This document shows, piece after piece, positions 10,372-20,649 of a stretch of 64,000 bases of DNA (position 1 is the stretch's first letter; each line of letters begins with the position of its first letter). The notes under the pieces are model-generated. The model saw nothing but the letters and a program-made list of their open reading frames with translations. It was not told the origin of the DNA and did not search any database. Made by a program: the position numbers and the translations under genes. The stretch is from an uncultured Gemmatimonadaceae bacterium (GTDB taxonomy: Bacteria; Gemmatimonadota; Gemmatimonadetes; Gemmatimonadales; Gemmatimonadaceae): positions 1,056,001 to 1,120,000 of the forward strand of contig CAVUDW010000002.1 in NCBI GenBank assembly GCA_963740355.1. The letters run 5' to 3'.

Positions 10372-11619
10372 CTACGCTACCTGATTCACCGTGTTCCGTG
10401 CAATCAGCCAACCGAACACCTTCTCGTCGGTGAGACTGCGCTCCAGCTCCTTGAGCCGGCCCGCCTTCTCGAGCTGGACGTAGAGACTCCCAGTCTCGAC
10501 ACCTCGCTCGGCGGCCATCTCGGCCACCTTGTCGTCCACATCCGACGTGGTCGCCGCCAATCCTTCCTTCTCCGCAATCGTGTCGATCACGACATCGCGG
10601 CGGACCTGACGCTCGGCCATCGGACGGAACTCACCGGCGAACCGGTCCTGCATCCCCTCTGGCACCTGATACATCTGCATGTACGCACCCATCACCTGCT
10701 GCACCCAGGCGTTGGGGATCTCGAACGGGTTGGCCGCGATGACCTGATCGAGCAGCTGTTCGCGCACCGATGAGTCGGCTTCGCGCTTCACATGCTCGCC
10801 CATGTCCTTGCGGATGGCTTCGGTCAGCTTTTCGACGGTCTCGAAATCACCCAGCTCGCGGGCAAAGGCGTCATCGAGCGCCGGCAACGTCTTACGCTTC
10901 ACTTCGAGAAGGGTCACGCGGGTCAGCTTCGACTTGCCACGCTGCGCCTCATCGGGGAAGTCGTCCGGCCAGCGAACGGCACGCTCGACGGTCTCGCCCG
11001 GGGTGGCTTCCATGATCAGCTCCTCGATCCCAGCAATCGCCTGGCCCTTGCCAAGCTCGAGCGGGTACTCGCGCTGCTCCGGCATTTCGCCACCCTCCTC
11101 CTGCGACGCGATCTGGACCTTGACCTGGTCGCCCGGCTGCGGCTTGCCCTCGACCGGGGCCAGCGCGCCGCGCTGCTCCCGAAGGGTCTCGAGCTGCTCC
11201 TCGACCATCGCATCGGTGACGGCTTCCGACGGACGGGCCACTGTGAAGCCAGTGGTGGTCTCGATCACGATCTCGGGGCGGACCTCGAGATGGATGTCGA
11301 AGGTGACCGGCTCGCCGTCCTCGAACTTGAGGTCGTGGACGTGGGGCTGGGCGATCGGCTCCAGCTTCTCCTGATCGAGCGCCTGCTTCCAGGCATCCTG
11401 GACGAGGCTTTCCATCGCCTCTTCACGGATCTGGGCGGCGTAGGCCTTCTTGATCAGGTGGATCGGCGCCTTGCCCGGGCGGAAGCCCGGCATCCGGGCA
11501 GCGGAGGCATACCGCTTGACGGCCTTGTCTTCGGCGGCCTTGACGGTCTCGACGGACACGGTCACGCCGAGCAGGCGCTCAACGCCCTCGGCCTTCTTGA
11601 CGGCAATTTCAAACGACAT
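10372..11619 (-). CDS. tig: Trigger factor
   Basis: Ribosome-binding signature GFRPGKAP, FKBP-like middle domain, ALDDAFA; tig-clpP-clpX-lon synteny. Confidence 0.95.
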   Translation of the reverse strand: MSFEIAVKKAEGVERLLGVTVSVETVKAAEDKAVKRYASAARMPGFRPGKAPIHLIKKAYAAQIREEAMESLVQDAWKQALDQEKLEPIAQPHVHDLKFEDGEPVTFDIHLEVRPEIVIETTTGFTVARPSEAVTDAMVEEQLETLREQRGALAPVEGKPQPGDQVKVQIASQEEGGEMPEQREYPLELGKGQAIAGIEELIMEATPGETVERAVRWPDDFPDEAQRGKSKLTRVTLLEVKRKTLPALDDAFARELGDFETVEKLTEAIRKDMGEHVKREADSSVREQLLDQVIAANPFEIPNAWVQQVMGAYMQMYQVPEGMQDRFAGEFRPMAERQVRRDVVIDTIAEKEGLAATTSDVDDKVAEMAAERGVETGSLYVQLEKAGRLKELERSLTDEKVFGWLIARNTVNQVA

Positions 11620-11809
11620 CGTCGGATCGGAATCGGGAGGAACGGGATCGCAGCCGAGCTACGGCGGTGCATCCGCACAAGCTAACCAGAGCTGGGGGCC
11701 TGCGCGCTGGTCAACCGGCTAGCGGCGCGAAGGGTGCCCGAGCCGCGACCGAGGCCGAGCGCGGTCGCCCAATACCGCCCCCATCGGTAACGATTCCCTA
11801 GATTGCAGG

Positions 11810-12313
11810 ATGCCTTACCCCTCGGAACTTCAGGATCCCGATCGTCATCCGACCCCTCGGGTGCCCGTGACGCCGCCCGCGATGCCTGGGCCAGGCGCGA
11901 CGACGACCGAATCGGCCCTCGCCTTTCCCACCTTCGGGCATCTCTTCCGGTTGATGGGCCGTGCGCTCCGATTGCGCTGCCCGAATTGCGGTGAGGGCAA
12001 GGTCGTGCGCCCGTGGGCGACGGTCCTGCCGAAGTGCAGTCACTGCGGCTTCCGCTTCACCCGCAGCAGCGACTCGTACTTCTCCGGGGCGATGCTGGCG
12101 AACCTGGCGGTTGCCGAAGGGCTGTTTGCGGTGGTATTTGGCGTGTCGATCATCGCGTCCTGGCCGAATGTGCCGTGGGACACGCTGACCTGGGCGATGC
12201 CGCTCGGCATCGCGCTCGCTCCCGCGTTGCTGCTGCCGTTTGCGAAGGTGGCATGGCTGACCTTCGATGTCGCGTTCCGACCGGTCACGCCGGAAGAGAT
12301 CGAGACGCCGTAG
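11810..12313 (+). CDS. DUF983 family membrane protein (zinc-ribbon plus TM helices)
   Basis: RALRLRCPNCGEG...CSHCG followed by two hydrophobic helices and LLPFAKVAW. Confidence 0.75.
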   Translation: MPYPSELQDPDRHPTPRVPVTPPAMPGPGATTTESALAFPTFGHLFRLMGRALRLRCPNCGEGKVVRPWATVLPKCSHCGFRFTRSSDSYFSGAMLANLAVAEGLFAVVFGVSIIASWPNVPWDTLTWAMPLGIALAPALLLPFAKVAWLTFDVAFRPVTPEEIETP

Positions 12314-12403
12314 GCCGTCGTTCTGCAGCGGTGGCAGGGTGGTGCAGGTGACGTCGGTGATGTGTTCGCCCGCAGGTCGCACGCCCGCCCTCCCGACGCC
12401 CTG

Positions 12404-13732
12404 ATGCTCACGTTCCTCGCATTCGGCATGGTCATCGTCTTCATGACGCTGATCATGACCAAGAAGATGGCGCCACTGACGGCACTGATCCTGGTGCCGA
12501 TCCTGTTCGGCGTCATTGGCGGCTTCGCGTCGGGGCTGGGCGCAATGATGCTGGCCGGTGTGACGAAGATCGCCCCCACCGGCATCATGCTGATGTTCGC
12601 GATTCTCTACTTCGCGATCATGATCGACGCCGGGTTGTTCGAGCCGGTGGTGACGGCTCTGGTCCGCGTGGTGGACGGTGATCCGGTGCGCGTGGTAGTG
12701 GGCACGGCGGTGCTGGCGTTGGTCGTGTCGCTGGATGGCGACGGCTCCACGACCTACATGATCACGGCCGCCGCGATGTTGCCGCTCTATCGCAAGATGG
12801 GCATCCGGCCATTGGTGCTGGCCTGTGTGACGATGATGGCGGGCGGGGTGATGAACATCCTGCCATGGGGTGGGCCGACCGCGCGTGCCGCGACTGCGCT
12901 GTCGCTCGATGCCTCGACACTCTTCGTGCCGATGATTCCATCGATGCTGGTCGCCGCCACCTGGGTGCTCTACGCCGCGTACCGCCTCGGTCTACGCGAG
13001 CGCACTCGCATTGCGGCTACTGGCGTCGTCAGCTTTTCCGATGAGACGGCACTCGACGACAACACAGCATTGATCGACACCCGTCGACCGAAGCTGCTGC
13101 CCGTCAATGCCGCTCTCACCGTCGCCCTGATGATTGCACTGCTGGCTGGTGTGTTACCACTCCCGGTGTTGTTCATGATTGCGTTTGCGATCGCCATCAT
13201 GATCAACTATCCGAGTGTGGCGGAGCAGAAGCACCTGCTCGCCACCCATGCCGGGAACGTGATGGCAGTGGCGTCGCTGATTTTCGCAGCGGGAATCTTC
13301 ACCGGTATCCTGTCCGGCACGAAGATGGTGGACGCGATGGCTGACAGCGTGGTGCACCTCATTCCACCGGCACTCGGCCCATACCTCGCGATCGTGACCG
13401 GAGTGCTCAGCATCCCGTTCACGTTCTTCGTGTCGAACGACGCCTTCTACTTCGGCATCCTGCCGATCCTGGCCAAGGCGGGGCAGGCGTACGGCATCAC
13501 CGCCGCTGAGATCGGACGGGCGTCTTTGATCGGCCAGCCCGTGCACCTGCTCAGCCCACTGGTGCCATCCACCTACCTGCTGGTTGGACTCGCCGGCGTC
13601 GACTTCGACGAACATCAGCGCTTCACGATCAAGTGGGCGCTCCTGACGGCGTTGGTCCTGCTCGGCACCGGGTTGCTCACGACGGTGATCCCAATCGTCG
13701 GACATCTCGTATCGACACCTATTTCGCGATGA
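12404..13732 (+). CDS. CitMHS family citrate(-metal):H+ symporter
   Basis: Polytopic membrane protein with SLDGDGSTT, NILPWGGPTARAA, SNDAFYFGILP, HLLSPLVPS. Confidence 0.88.
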   Translation: MLTFLAFGMVIVFMTLIMTKKMAPLTALILVPILFGVIGGFASGLGAMMLAGVTKIAPTGIMLMFAILYFAIMIDAGLFEPVVTALVRVVDGDPVRVVVGTAVLALVVSLDGDGSTTYMITAAAMLPLYRKMGIRPLVLACVTMMAGGVMNILPWGGPTARAATALSLDASTLFVPMIPSMLVAATWVLYAAYRLGLRERTRIAATGVVSFSDETALDDNTALIDTRRPKLLPVNAALTVALMIALLAGVLPLPVLFMIAFAIAIMINYPSVAEQKHLLATHAGNVMAVASLIFAAGIFTGILSGTKMVDAMADSVVHLIPPALGPYLAIVTGVLSIPFTFFVSNDAFYFGILPILAKAGQAYGITAAEIGRASLIGQPVHLLSPLVPSTYLLVGLAGVDFDEHQRFTIKWALLTALVLLGTGLLTTVIPIVGHLVSTPISR

Positions 13733-15615
13733 TCATGAGAGCTTCGCACCGATCAGTCCTGATCGCGCTGTCGTGCGCGGTGGCAAGCGTCTCGATGGCC
13801 GCGCCGCTCGCAGCGCAAGCCGCCGCACCGTACGAGATGGTGCTGGCTGAGCACAACCTGATGATCCCGATGCGCGATGGCGTGAAGATGGCCACCGACA
13901 TCTATCGGCCATCACGCAATGGCGTGCCGATCGAAGGTCGATTGCCGCTGTTGCTCAACCGCACACCGTATGACAAGGGATCCCTCGCGACGCAGGCTGA
14001 GACCTTTGCGAAGCACGGCTATGTGGTGGCGGTGCAGGACCTGCGCGGCCGCTACGCCTCGGAAGGGAAGTTCCTCAAGGTGCAGCCGGCTGATGCCACC
14101 GACGGGTACGACACCGTCGAGTGGCTCGCGAAGCAGCCGTGGTCGAACGGCAAGGTCGGCATGTGGGGACAATCGTTTGCGGCGCACGCACAAGCCGGGG
14201 CGGCACAGCTCAATCCACCGCATCTCTCGACGCTCGTGATCAACATGGGTGGCATGTCGAACGCCTGGGATCATGGCGTGCGATATCGCGGCACGTACGA
14301 GATGGGACGCCAGCTGACATGGGCCTGGAGTCAGTTGCTGGCCGATGCGCCGAATCCTGCGGTCAAGGCGCTGCTGACGAAGGAGAAGGTCGAGGATTGG
14401 TACAACGTCCAGCCGATGCGCCGCGGACTCAATCCGCTTTCCGTCGCACCGCTCTACGAAGGTTGGTATCTCGACTTCTTCGAGCACGCCGACTACGACG
14501 CGTTCTGGAAGGATCCGATGGTGAACTGGGAGGAGCACTACGCACAGACGTCGAACATCCCGATGATCCACATCGGCGGCTGGTACGACATCTTCCTCGC
14601 CGGCACCTTCAAGAACTTCGTCGAGCTGGGCAAGCTGAAGTCGCAGCCGCAGCGGCTGCTGGTGGGGCCATGGACACACAGTGGCAATGTGCGCCCGTAT
14701 GCGGGCGATGTGGCGTTCGGCACCGAGGCTGCGATCGCGGACTTCTACGGCGCGTTCCACCTGCGCTGGTTCGACCACTTCCTGAAGGGCGTCGCGACCG
14801 GCGTCGAGAATGATTCGCCGGTGCGCGTCTTCGTGATGGGCACCGGCGACGGCCACAAGGATACCGACGGTCGCCTCTTTCACGGCGGGTATTGGCGCGA
14901 TGCACCATCGTGGCCGCTGCCTGGCACACGTTTGGTACCGTACTACTTCCATGCCGATGGTTCGCTTAGCACCGCGCGTCCCGCGCCAGCGCGGTCATCC
15001 ACGACCTACACCTTCGATCCGCAGCACCCGGTGCCGACGCTCGGCGGTGGTTCGTCCGCTCGGCTGAAGGATGGCGCGTACGACCAACGCGAAGATCCAC
15101 GCTTCCCGCCGTCAGCCGCACCGTTCCTGCCGCTGCGGTCGCGCAATGATGTCGTTGTATTCCAGACCGAGCCGCTGACGGAAGACATGACGGTGATCGG
15201 GCCGATCAAGGTCGTACTGCACGCTTCGTCGTCACGGACTGACACCGACTTCACCGCAAAGTTGATCGATGTCTATCCGTCAAGCGATGCGTGGCCTGGT
15301 GGCTTCGACATGAACCTCACCGATGCCATCGTCCGCGGTCGGTATCGCGCCACGCGGGACCACGCCGTGATGCTGACGCCAGGCACGGTCTATCCGTTCA
15401 CGATCGAGCCGTTCCCGACAGCCAATGTGTTCAAGAAGGGCCATCGCATCCGCGTGGATATCTCCAGCAGCAACTTCCCGCGATTCGACGTGAACCCGAA
15501 CACCGGCGAACCGCTCGGTCGCAATCGCCGGATGGTGACCGCCGACAACACGATATTTCACAGCGCGCGCTACCCGTCACACATCATCCTGCCGCTTGCA
15601 CCAGCCAATCGGTGA
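13729..15615 (+). CDS. Exported CocE/NonD (peptidase S15) family hydrolase
   Basis: Signal peptide; IPMRDGVKMATDIY, RTPY, QDLRGRYASEG, nucleophile GMWGQSF, GGWYD, GPWTH, RVDISSSNFPRF. Confidence 0.9.
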   Translation: MIMRASHRSVLIALSCAVASVSMAAPLAAQAAAPYEMVLAEHNLMIPMRDGVKMATDIYRPSRNGVPIEGRLPLLLNRTPYDKGSLATQAETFAKHGYVVAVQDLRGRYASEGKFLKVQPADATDGYDTVEWLAKQPWSNGKVGMWGQSFAAHAQAGAAQLNPPHLSTLVINMGGMSNAWDHGVRYRGTYEMGRQLTWAWSQLLADAPNPAVKALLTKEKVEDWYNVQPMRRGLNPLSVAPLYEGWYLDFFEHADYDAFWKDPMVNWEEHYAQTSNIPMIHIGGWYDIFLAGTFKNFVELGKLKSQPQRLLVGPWTHSGNVRPYAGDVAFGTEAAIADFYGAFHLRWFDHFLKGVATGVENDSPVRVFVMGTGDGHKDTDGRLFHGGYWRDAPSWPLPGTRLVPYYFHADGSLSTARPAPARSSTTYTFDPQHPVPTLGGGSSARLKDGAYDQREDPRFPPSAAPFLPLRSRNDVVVFQTEPLTEDMTVIGPIKVVLHASSSRTDTDFTAKLIDVYPSSDAWPGGFDMNLTDAIVRGRYRATRDHAVMLTPGTVYPFTIEPFPTANVFKKGHRIRVDISSSNFPRFDVNPNTGEPLGRNRRMVTADNTIFHSARYPSHIILPLAPANR

Positions 15616-15627
15616 GGTCCCGCAGGA

Positions 15628-16410
15628 TCAGAAGCGCAGTGAGAGGCAACTCAGGCCGCCGTCCATCTTGCGATACTCGCTCATGTCCAGCACCTCGAGC
15701 GTGTAACCCAGACCCCTGAGCATCGCGTCGAGCTTCGGCTGTCCCACTGACGTGAACACGACGTCGTTCACACGCACACAATTGGCGCCATACTCCTCGC
15801 CCGCCGGCACGCGCACGATGTCGAATCCGGCGAACGCCGGATGGCCTGCCAGATCGTCGATCAGCACCAGCCGCGTCGGGTCGATGGCCGCAATGCCGCT
15901 CTTGAGATGCAGGATGCTGTCGATCTCTCGAATGTCGACCGTCGATGCCGTATACCCGAACTTGGCCAGCCACGTCGTCAGTTGCTCTGCTCCCTCGTGG
16001 TTGGTGCGGTGCGAGATCCCGATGAACACATGGCTGCCAGCTTCGCAGACATCGCCAGCATCGAGCGTGCCGGTGGCGGTGATGCGCGCGATCGCCGGGA
16101 AGTAGTGGCCGAGCGCCGCTGCCATCGCGTCCACTTCACCGGCCCGACTGGCGGCACCAGGCCTCGTCAGGATTGCCCCCAACCCCGGGAGGATCAGCGC
16201 CGTGTCTTCCACGAAGGTGGAGTCGGGAAACCTCGCGTCAGCCGGCAGCGCGATCACCTCGCATCCGTGCCGCACCAGCGCCGCGCAGTACTCGGCGTGC
16301 TGCTCAAGCGCGAGGTCCACGTCGGGGACGCCGAGATCGACGGTCGTCAGCCCATCAGCGAAGTTGCGGGCGGGTGGGCGCACGATCGCGCGGGTGAATC
16401 GTGAGAACAT
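15628..16410 (-). CDS. N(G),N(G)-dimethylarginine dimethylaminohydrolase (amidinotransferase fold)
   Basis: FPDSTFVEDTA, RPGAASRAGE, SHRTN, LHLKSG and C-terminal KMDGGLSCLS with the catalytic Cys. Confidence 0.9.
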   Translation of the reverse strand: MFSRFTRAIVRPPARNFADGLTTVDLGVPDVDLALEQHAEYCAALVRHGCEVIALPADARFPDSTFVEDTALILPGLGAILTRPGAASRAGEVDAMAAALGHYFPAIARITATGTLDAGDVCEAGSHVFIGISHRTNHEGAEQLTTWLAKFGYTASTVDIREIDSILHLKSGIAAIDPTRLVLIDDLAGHPAFAGFDIVRVPAGEEYGANCVRVNDVVFTSVGQPKLDAMLRGLGYTLEVLDMSEYRKMDGGLSCLSLRF

Positions 16411-16574
16411 GGCGTAGTGATCGGGGCCGCGGGCAGTTGGCTCGGGTCGGAAGGTGCCCGCTCGGGATTCAATCCCGCGGCGCCGTTCCCCGCAATGCCC
16501 CTCCGCACGCGGCGTGACGTGCGCGTACGTTGCGGCACGACGTCGCTACTCCAGCCAGCAACTCAGCCCACCTC

Positions 16575-17900
16575 ATGGCCGACTCCCTCGCGCGCACGCT
16601 TGGCACCCGCGACCTCACGCTGCTGGTCGTCGGCAACGTGATCGGCTCCGGCATTTTCCTCGTGCCGTCATCGGTGCTGGCGCAAAGCGGTGAGTCGGTG
16701 CCGATCGCGACAGCGGTCTGGTTGGTGGGAGGGGTGCTCTCTTTGCTCGGCGCGCTGAGTTACGGTGAGCTAGGCGCGATGGAAGGCACCGGCGGCGGCG
16801 GAGGCCTCTACGCCTTCATTCGTGATGGCTTCGGTGCGTTTCCCGCGTTCCTGTACGGATGGACACTGTTCTTCGTCATCGGCGCCGGCACGATTGCCAC
16901 GCTGGCAGTCGCCGCCGCCAACTACATGACGCAGTTCGTCCCACTGTCCTCCGCGCAGAAGAGCCTCGTGGCCGTGGCGCTGATCGCACTGATGATGGTG
17001 ATCAACGTCCGTAGTACCCGCGAAAGTGCGACGGTGCAGAACGTGGCGACAGGCATCAAGGTGATCGCGATCCTCATCATGAGCGCCGTCCTGTTCGCGC
17101 TCGGCGATGGCAAGTCGATCGCCCCAGTCGCGCATATCGTGACACCGGCATCATTCTCCGGCGTCGGTCTCTCGATCATCTCGGTCTTGTGGGCCTACGA
17201 AGGTTGGCAGTACGTGACCTTCGTATCGGCAGAGGCGAAGGACCCGCAGAAGTCCTTGCCACGCGCCATCACGCTTGGCACGCTGGCACTGATCGCGATC
17301 TACCTGCTGGCGAACTTCGCCTACCTGGCGGCCCTCGGGCCCGCACGCGTTGCCGCATCGCACCGGGTGGCGGGTGAGGCGATGGCCGAGGTGATGGGAC
17401 CGGTCGCGGGATACCTGATCGCGTCGGTGATCATCGTCTCGATGTACAGCGCGGCACATGCCACGGTGATCACCGTGCCACGCGTGTACTTCGCGATGGC
17501 GCGCGACGGGCTGTTCTTCAAGCGACTGACGGAAGTGCACCCGCGCTTCAACACGCCGGCACTGGCGATCGTCAGCAGCTGCCTCTGGGCGATGGTGTTG
17601 GCCGTCACGGGGACCTTCGAACAGCTGCTGACCTATGTCGTCTTCATTGGCTGGATCTTCTATGCACTGGGCGCCGCTGCCGTGATTGCGCTGCGCATCA
17701 AGCGCCCTGACGCCGTGCGCCCCTTTCGTGTGCCTGGCTATCCAGTGACGCCGATCCTGTTTGTGCTGGCCGCGGCAGTGATCGTCATCAACACCCTGAT
17801 CTCGCAACCGAAGCAAGCCGCCATCGGCATCGCGGTCGTGCTCTGTGGTGCGCCCGCATACCTGATCTGGCGTCGCGGGTTCCGCGTCTCGAACGCCTGA
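16575..17900 (+). CDS. APC family amino acid permease (LAT-like)
   Basis: VIGSGIF, YGELG, LWAYEGW, EAKDPQK, MARDGLF, RPFRVPGYP; about 12 TM helices. Confidence 0.9.
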   Translation: MADSLARTLGTRDLTLLVVGNVIGSGIFLVPSSVLAQSGESVPIATAVWLVGGVLSLLGALSYGELGAMEGTGGGGGLYAFIRDGFGAFPAFLYGWTLFFVIGAGTIATLAVAAANYMTQFVPLSSAQKSLVAVALIALMMVINVRSTRESATVQNVATGIKVIAILIMSAVLFALGDGKSIAPVAHIVTPASFSGVGLSIISVLWAYEGWQYVTFVSAEAKDPQKSLPRAITLGTLALIAIYLLANFAYLAALGPARVAASHRVAGEAMAEVMGPVAGYLIASVIIVSMYSAAHATVITVPRVYFAMARDGLFFKRLTEVHPRFNTPALAIVSSCLWAMVLAVTGTFEQLLTYVVFIGWIFYALGAAAVIALRIKRPDAVRPFRVPGYPVTPILFVLAAAVIVINTLISQPKQAAIGIAVVLCGAPAYLIWRRGFRVSNA

Positions 17901-17918
17901 CGTTCACCCTACGATTGT

Positions 17919-18440
17919 ATGTCGCGATACGCTCTCGTCGTCATGGGGACGGCCGGCTCCGGCAAGACCGTCATCGGCAGCGCACTGGCCACGGCGCTCG
18001 GTGTGCGGTTCGTGGAAGGTGATGCCTTTCATCCACCAGACAACGTCGAGAAGATGCGATCCGGGCAGCCGCTTGACGACACCGACAGGCACGGCTGGCT
18101 GCTGGCACTCGGCGCCGAGCTCGAAGCCGCGCGCGATGCGGGGCGTGGCGTGGTGATGTCATGCTCGGCACTCAAGCGACGATATCGCGACCTGCTCCGC
18201 GCCGGCGACGACTCTGTGCGTTTCGTCTTCCTGACGGGCGATACCCGGCTGCTCCGTGAGCGCCTTCAGTCCCGCGCCGGCCACTACATGCCCGTCTCGT
18301 TGCTCGACAGCCAGTTGGAGGCACTCGAGGTCCCTGCGACAGACGAGAGCGCGTGGACCTTCGACATCGGGGAAACGCCGGCGACGATCGTCGCGTCGAT
18401 CATGGCGCGCCTGACCGACAGCCGTACGGAAGCCACGTGA
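17919..18440 (+). CDS. gntK: Gluconokinase
   Basis: MGTAGSGKT, EGDAFHPPDNVEKMRSGQPLDDTDR, SCSALKRRYRD, HYMPVSLLDSQ. Confidence 0.92.
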   Translation: MSRYALVVMGTAGSGKTVIGSALATALGVRFVEGDAFHPPDNVEKMRSGQPLDDTDRHGWLLALGAELEAARDAGRGVVMSCSALKRRYRDLLRAGDDSVRFVFLTGDTRLLRERLQSRAGHYMPVSLLDSQLEALEVPATDESAWTFDIGETPATIVASIMARLTDSRTEAT

Positions 18441-19795
18441 CGCCCGCCGCCACTGCAGCACCGGATTCGATGTTACTGCTCTATGCGTTGATCGCGGTCA
18501 TCGCCCTCATCGTGCTGATCGCGAAGTTCAAGCTCCATCCCTTCGTGGTGTTGATCAGCGTTTCGCTCTGCACCGGGCTGGCCGCCGGCATGCCTCTCGG
18601 TGGCATCGTGAAGGCCTTCCAGGACGGCGTCGGTACATCGTTGGGCTTCATCGCGATCGTGGTCGGGTTGGGCACGATGCTGGGCAAGATGATGGCCGAG
18701 TCGGGAGGGGCCGCACGCATTGCGAAAACGCTGATCGGGCTTTTCGGCGAGTCACGCGTGCACTGGGCGATCATGTTCGTCGCCTTCATCGTCGGCATCC
18801 CGGTGTTCTTCCAGGTCGGCTTCGTGCTGTTGATCCCGTTGGTGTTCACGATCGCGCGGCAAACGGGAACGTCACTGGTCAAAATCGGGTTGCCGTTGGT
18901 GGCTGGCCTGTCGGTCGTGCACGGCTTCGTGCCACCGCATCCTGCGGCGATGCTCGCGGTGGTCGCGTTCAAGGCGGACGTCGGCCTGACGATCGTCTAT
19001 GCACTGATCGTCGGCCTGCCCACTGCAGCACTGGCCGGACCGATCTACGCTTCGTGGATCGCGCCGCGCATTCACCTGCCCCCCGATAACCCGCTGGCGT
19101 TGCAGTTCCAGACGGATGACACCCGCGTATTGCCAGGCTTCGCCATCACCGTCTTCACCGTGCTGCTGCCGGTGCTGTTGATGCTCGGCGCCAGCACTGC
19201 GGAAGTCACCCTCGATGCCGCTAGCCCACTGCGGCACGGGATGGCGTTCGTCGGCAGCCCGATCGTATCGCTGCTGATTGCGCTGCTCTTCTCTTTCTTC
19301 TCCCTTGGTCAGCGGCAGGGCTTCACGCGTGACCAGGTGCTGAAGTTCTGCAACGACTGCCTCGCGCCCACGGCCACGATTCTTCTGGTGATCGGCGCCG
19401 GCGGTGGCTTCAACAAGGTGTTGATCGAAAGCGGCGTTGGACGCGCGATCGCGGACGTTGCGATCGGCGCCCACGTATCGCCGATCCTGCTGGCGTGGAC
19501 CGTGGCCGCGCTGATTCGTGTGGCCACCGGCTCGGCCACCGTGGCGATGACCACTGCGGCCGGCATCGTGGCACCGATTGCGCTCCTGACGCCCGGCACG
19601 CCGCCTGAACTGCTCGTCCTCGCGACTGGCGCCGGGTCACTGGTGCTGTCACACGTGAACGACTCAGGCTTCTGGTTGATCAAGGAGTTCTTCAACATGA
19701 CGGTGGCGCAAACGCTGCGGACATGGACGGTCACCGAGACGATCATCGGTGTCGCCGGACTGGTGTTCACGTTGTTGCTGTCCGCCGCGCTGTAG
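18437..19795 (+). CDS. gntP: GntP family gluconate:H+ symporter
   Basis: KLHPF, ESGGA, VPPHP, RVATGSATVA, SHVNDSGFW; GTGA overlap with gntK. Confidence 0.9.
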   Translation: MTPAATAAPDSMLLLYALIAVIALIVLIAKFKLHPFVVLISVSLCTGLAAGMPLGGIVKAFQDGVGTSLGFIAIVVGLGTMLGKMMAESGGAARIAKTLIGLFGESRVHWAIMFVAFIVGIPVFFQVGFVLLIPLVFTIARQTGTSLVKIGLPLVAGLSVVHGFVPPHPAAMLAVVAFKADVGLTIVYALIVGLPTAALAGPIYASWIAPRIHLPPDNPLALQFQTDDTRVLPGFAITVFTVLLPVLLMLGASTAEVTLDAASPLRHGMAFVGSPIVSLLIALLFSFFSLGQRQGFTRDQVLKFCNDCLAPTATILLVIGAGGGFNKVLIESGVGRAIADVAIGAHVSPILLAWTVAALIRVATGSATVAMTTAAGIVAPIALLTPGTPPELLVLATGAGSLVLSHVNDSGFWLIKEFFNMTVAQTLRTWTVTETIIGVAGLVFTLLLSAAL

Positions 19796-19839
19796 CTTTC
19801 CTCATCGCCTCATATTCGCCGCACGATCCTGGAGAACAG

Positions 19840-20616
19840 ATGTCGTCCCAACACCGCCTGATCGCCGCCGTCGCCGTCCTTGCGCTGGGCGGCTGCACGG
19901 CGAAGACCACGCTGCCGGCCGAGATGGCAACACCGGTGTCGCGATTGCCCGTGGACGGCTGGATCGATGCCACGGCGACGCTCGAGGCTGGCCGCACGCC
20001 GGTGTACGAAGGCGATGCACCGATGGTGTTCTCGTTTCTGAAGAACATGCAGAAGGGAGACGGCCTGACACTGTCGAAGTTCGACATGGGTGCGCATAGT
20101 GGCACCCATGTCGATGCCCCGATGCATTTCATCAAGGACGGCATCGCAATCGACAAGGTGCCGCTGTCGGCGCTGATCGGGCCGGCCACGGTGATCCAGA
20201 TTGCCGACAGCGTGCAGGTCATCGACGCGGCGGAACTCAATCGCCACGAGTGGAAGGGGGCGGAGCGGATCATCTTCCGCACGCGGGCCACGTTGCGTGG
20301 CTGGATGGATTCGTCGCAGTTCCATCGCGACTTCGCCTACATCACCGGCGATGCTGCGCAACTGCTGGCCGATGCGAATGTGAAGCTGGTGGCGGTGGAC
20401 TACATCTCCGCCGAGCAGTTTGCGGCACCGGCGCCGCTCGCGCACCGCGCATTGCTGGGCAAGGGCATCCCGATCGTGGAAGGGATCTACTTGAAGGATG
20501 CGCCGGCCGGCACCTATGACCTGATCGTCCTGCCGCTGAAGGTGGCCGGTCACGATGGCTCACCAGCGCGCGCGATGCTCCGATCCACCACCGCAACCGT
20601 CCCCAGCGCACCGTAA
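19840..20616 (+). CDS. Cyclase family (kynurenine formamidase-like) metal hydrolase with lipoprotein signal
   Basis: HSGTHVDAPMHF, AHRALLG, IVEG, LPLK...GSPARA; lipobox-like LALGGC; GGAG RBS. Confidence 0.85.
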   Translation: MSSQHRLIAAVAVLALGGCTAKTTLPAEMATPVSRLPVDGWIDATATLEAGRTPVYEGDAPMVFSFLKNMQKGDGLTLSKFDMGAHSGTHVDAPMHFIKDGIAIDKVPLSALIGPATVIQIADSVQVIDAAELNRHEWKGAERIIFRTRATLRGWMDSSQFHRDFAYITGDAAQLLADANVKLVAVDYISAEQFAAPAPLAHRALLGKGIPIVEGIYLKDAPAGTYDLIVLPLKVAGHDGSPARAMLRSTTATVPSAP

Positions 20617-20649
20617 CCGGGCGCGAGGGACGATCGACGCGATGGCCGA

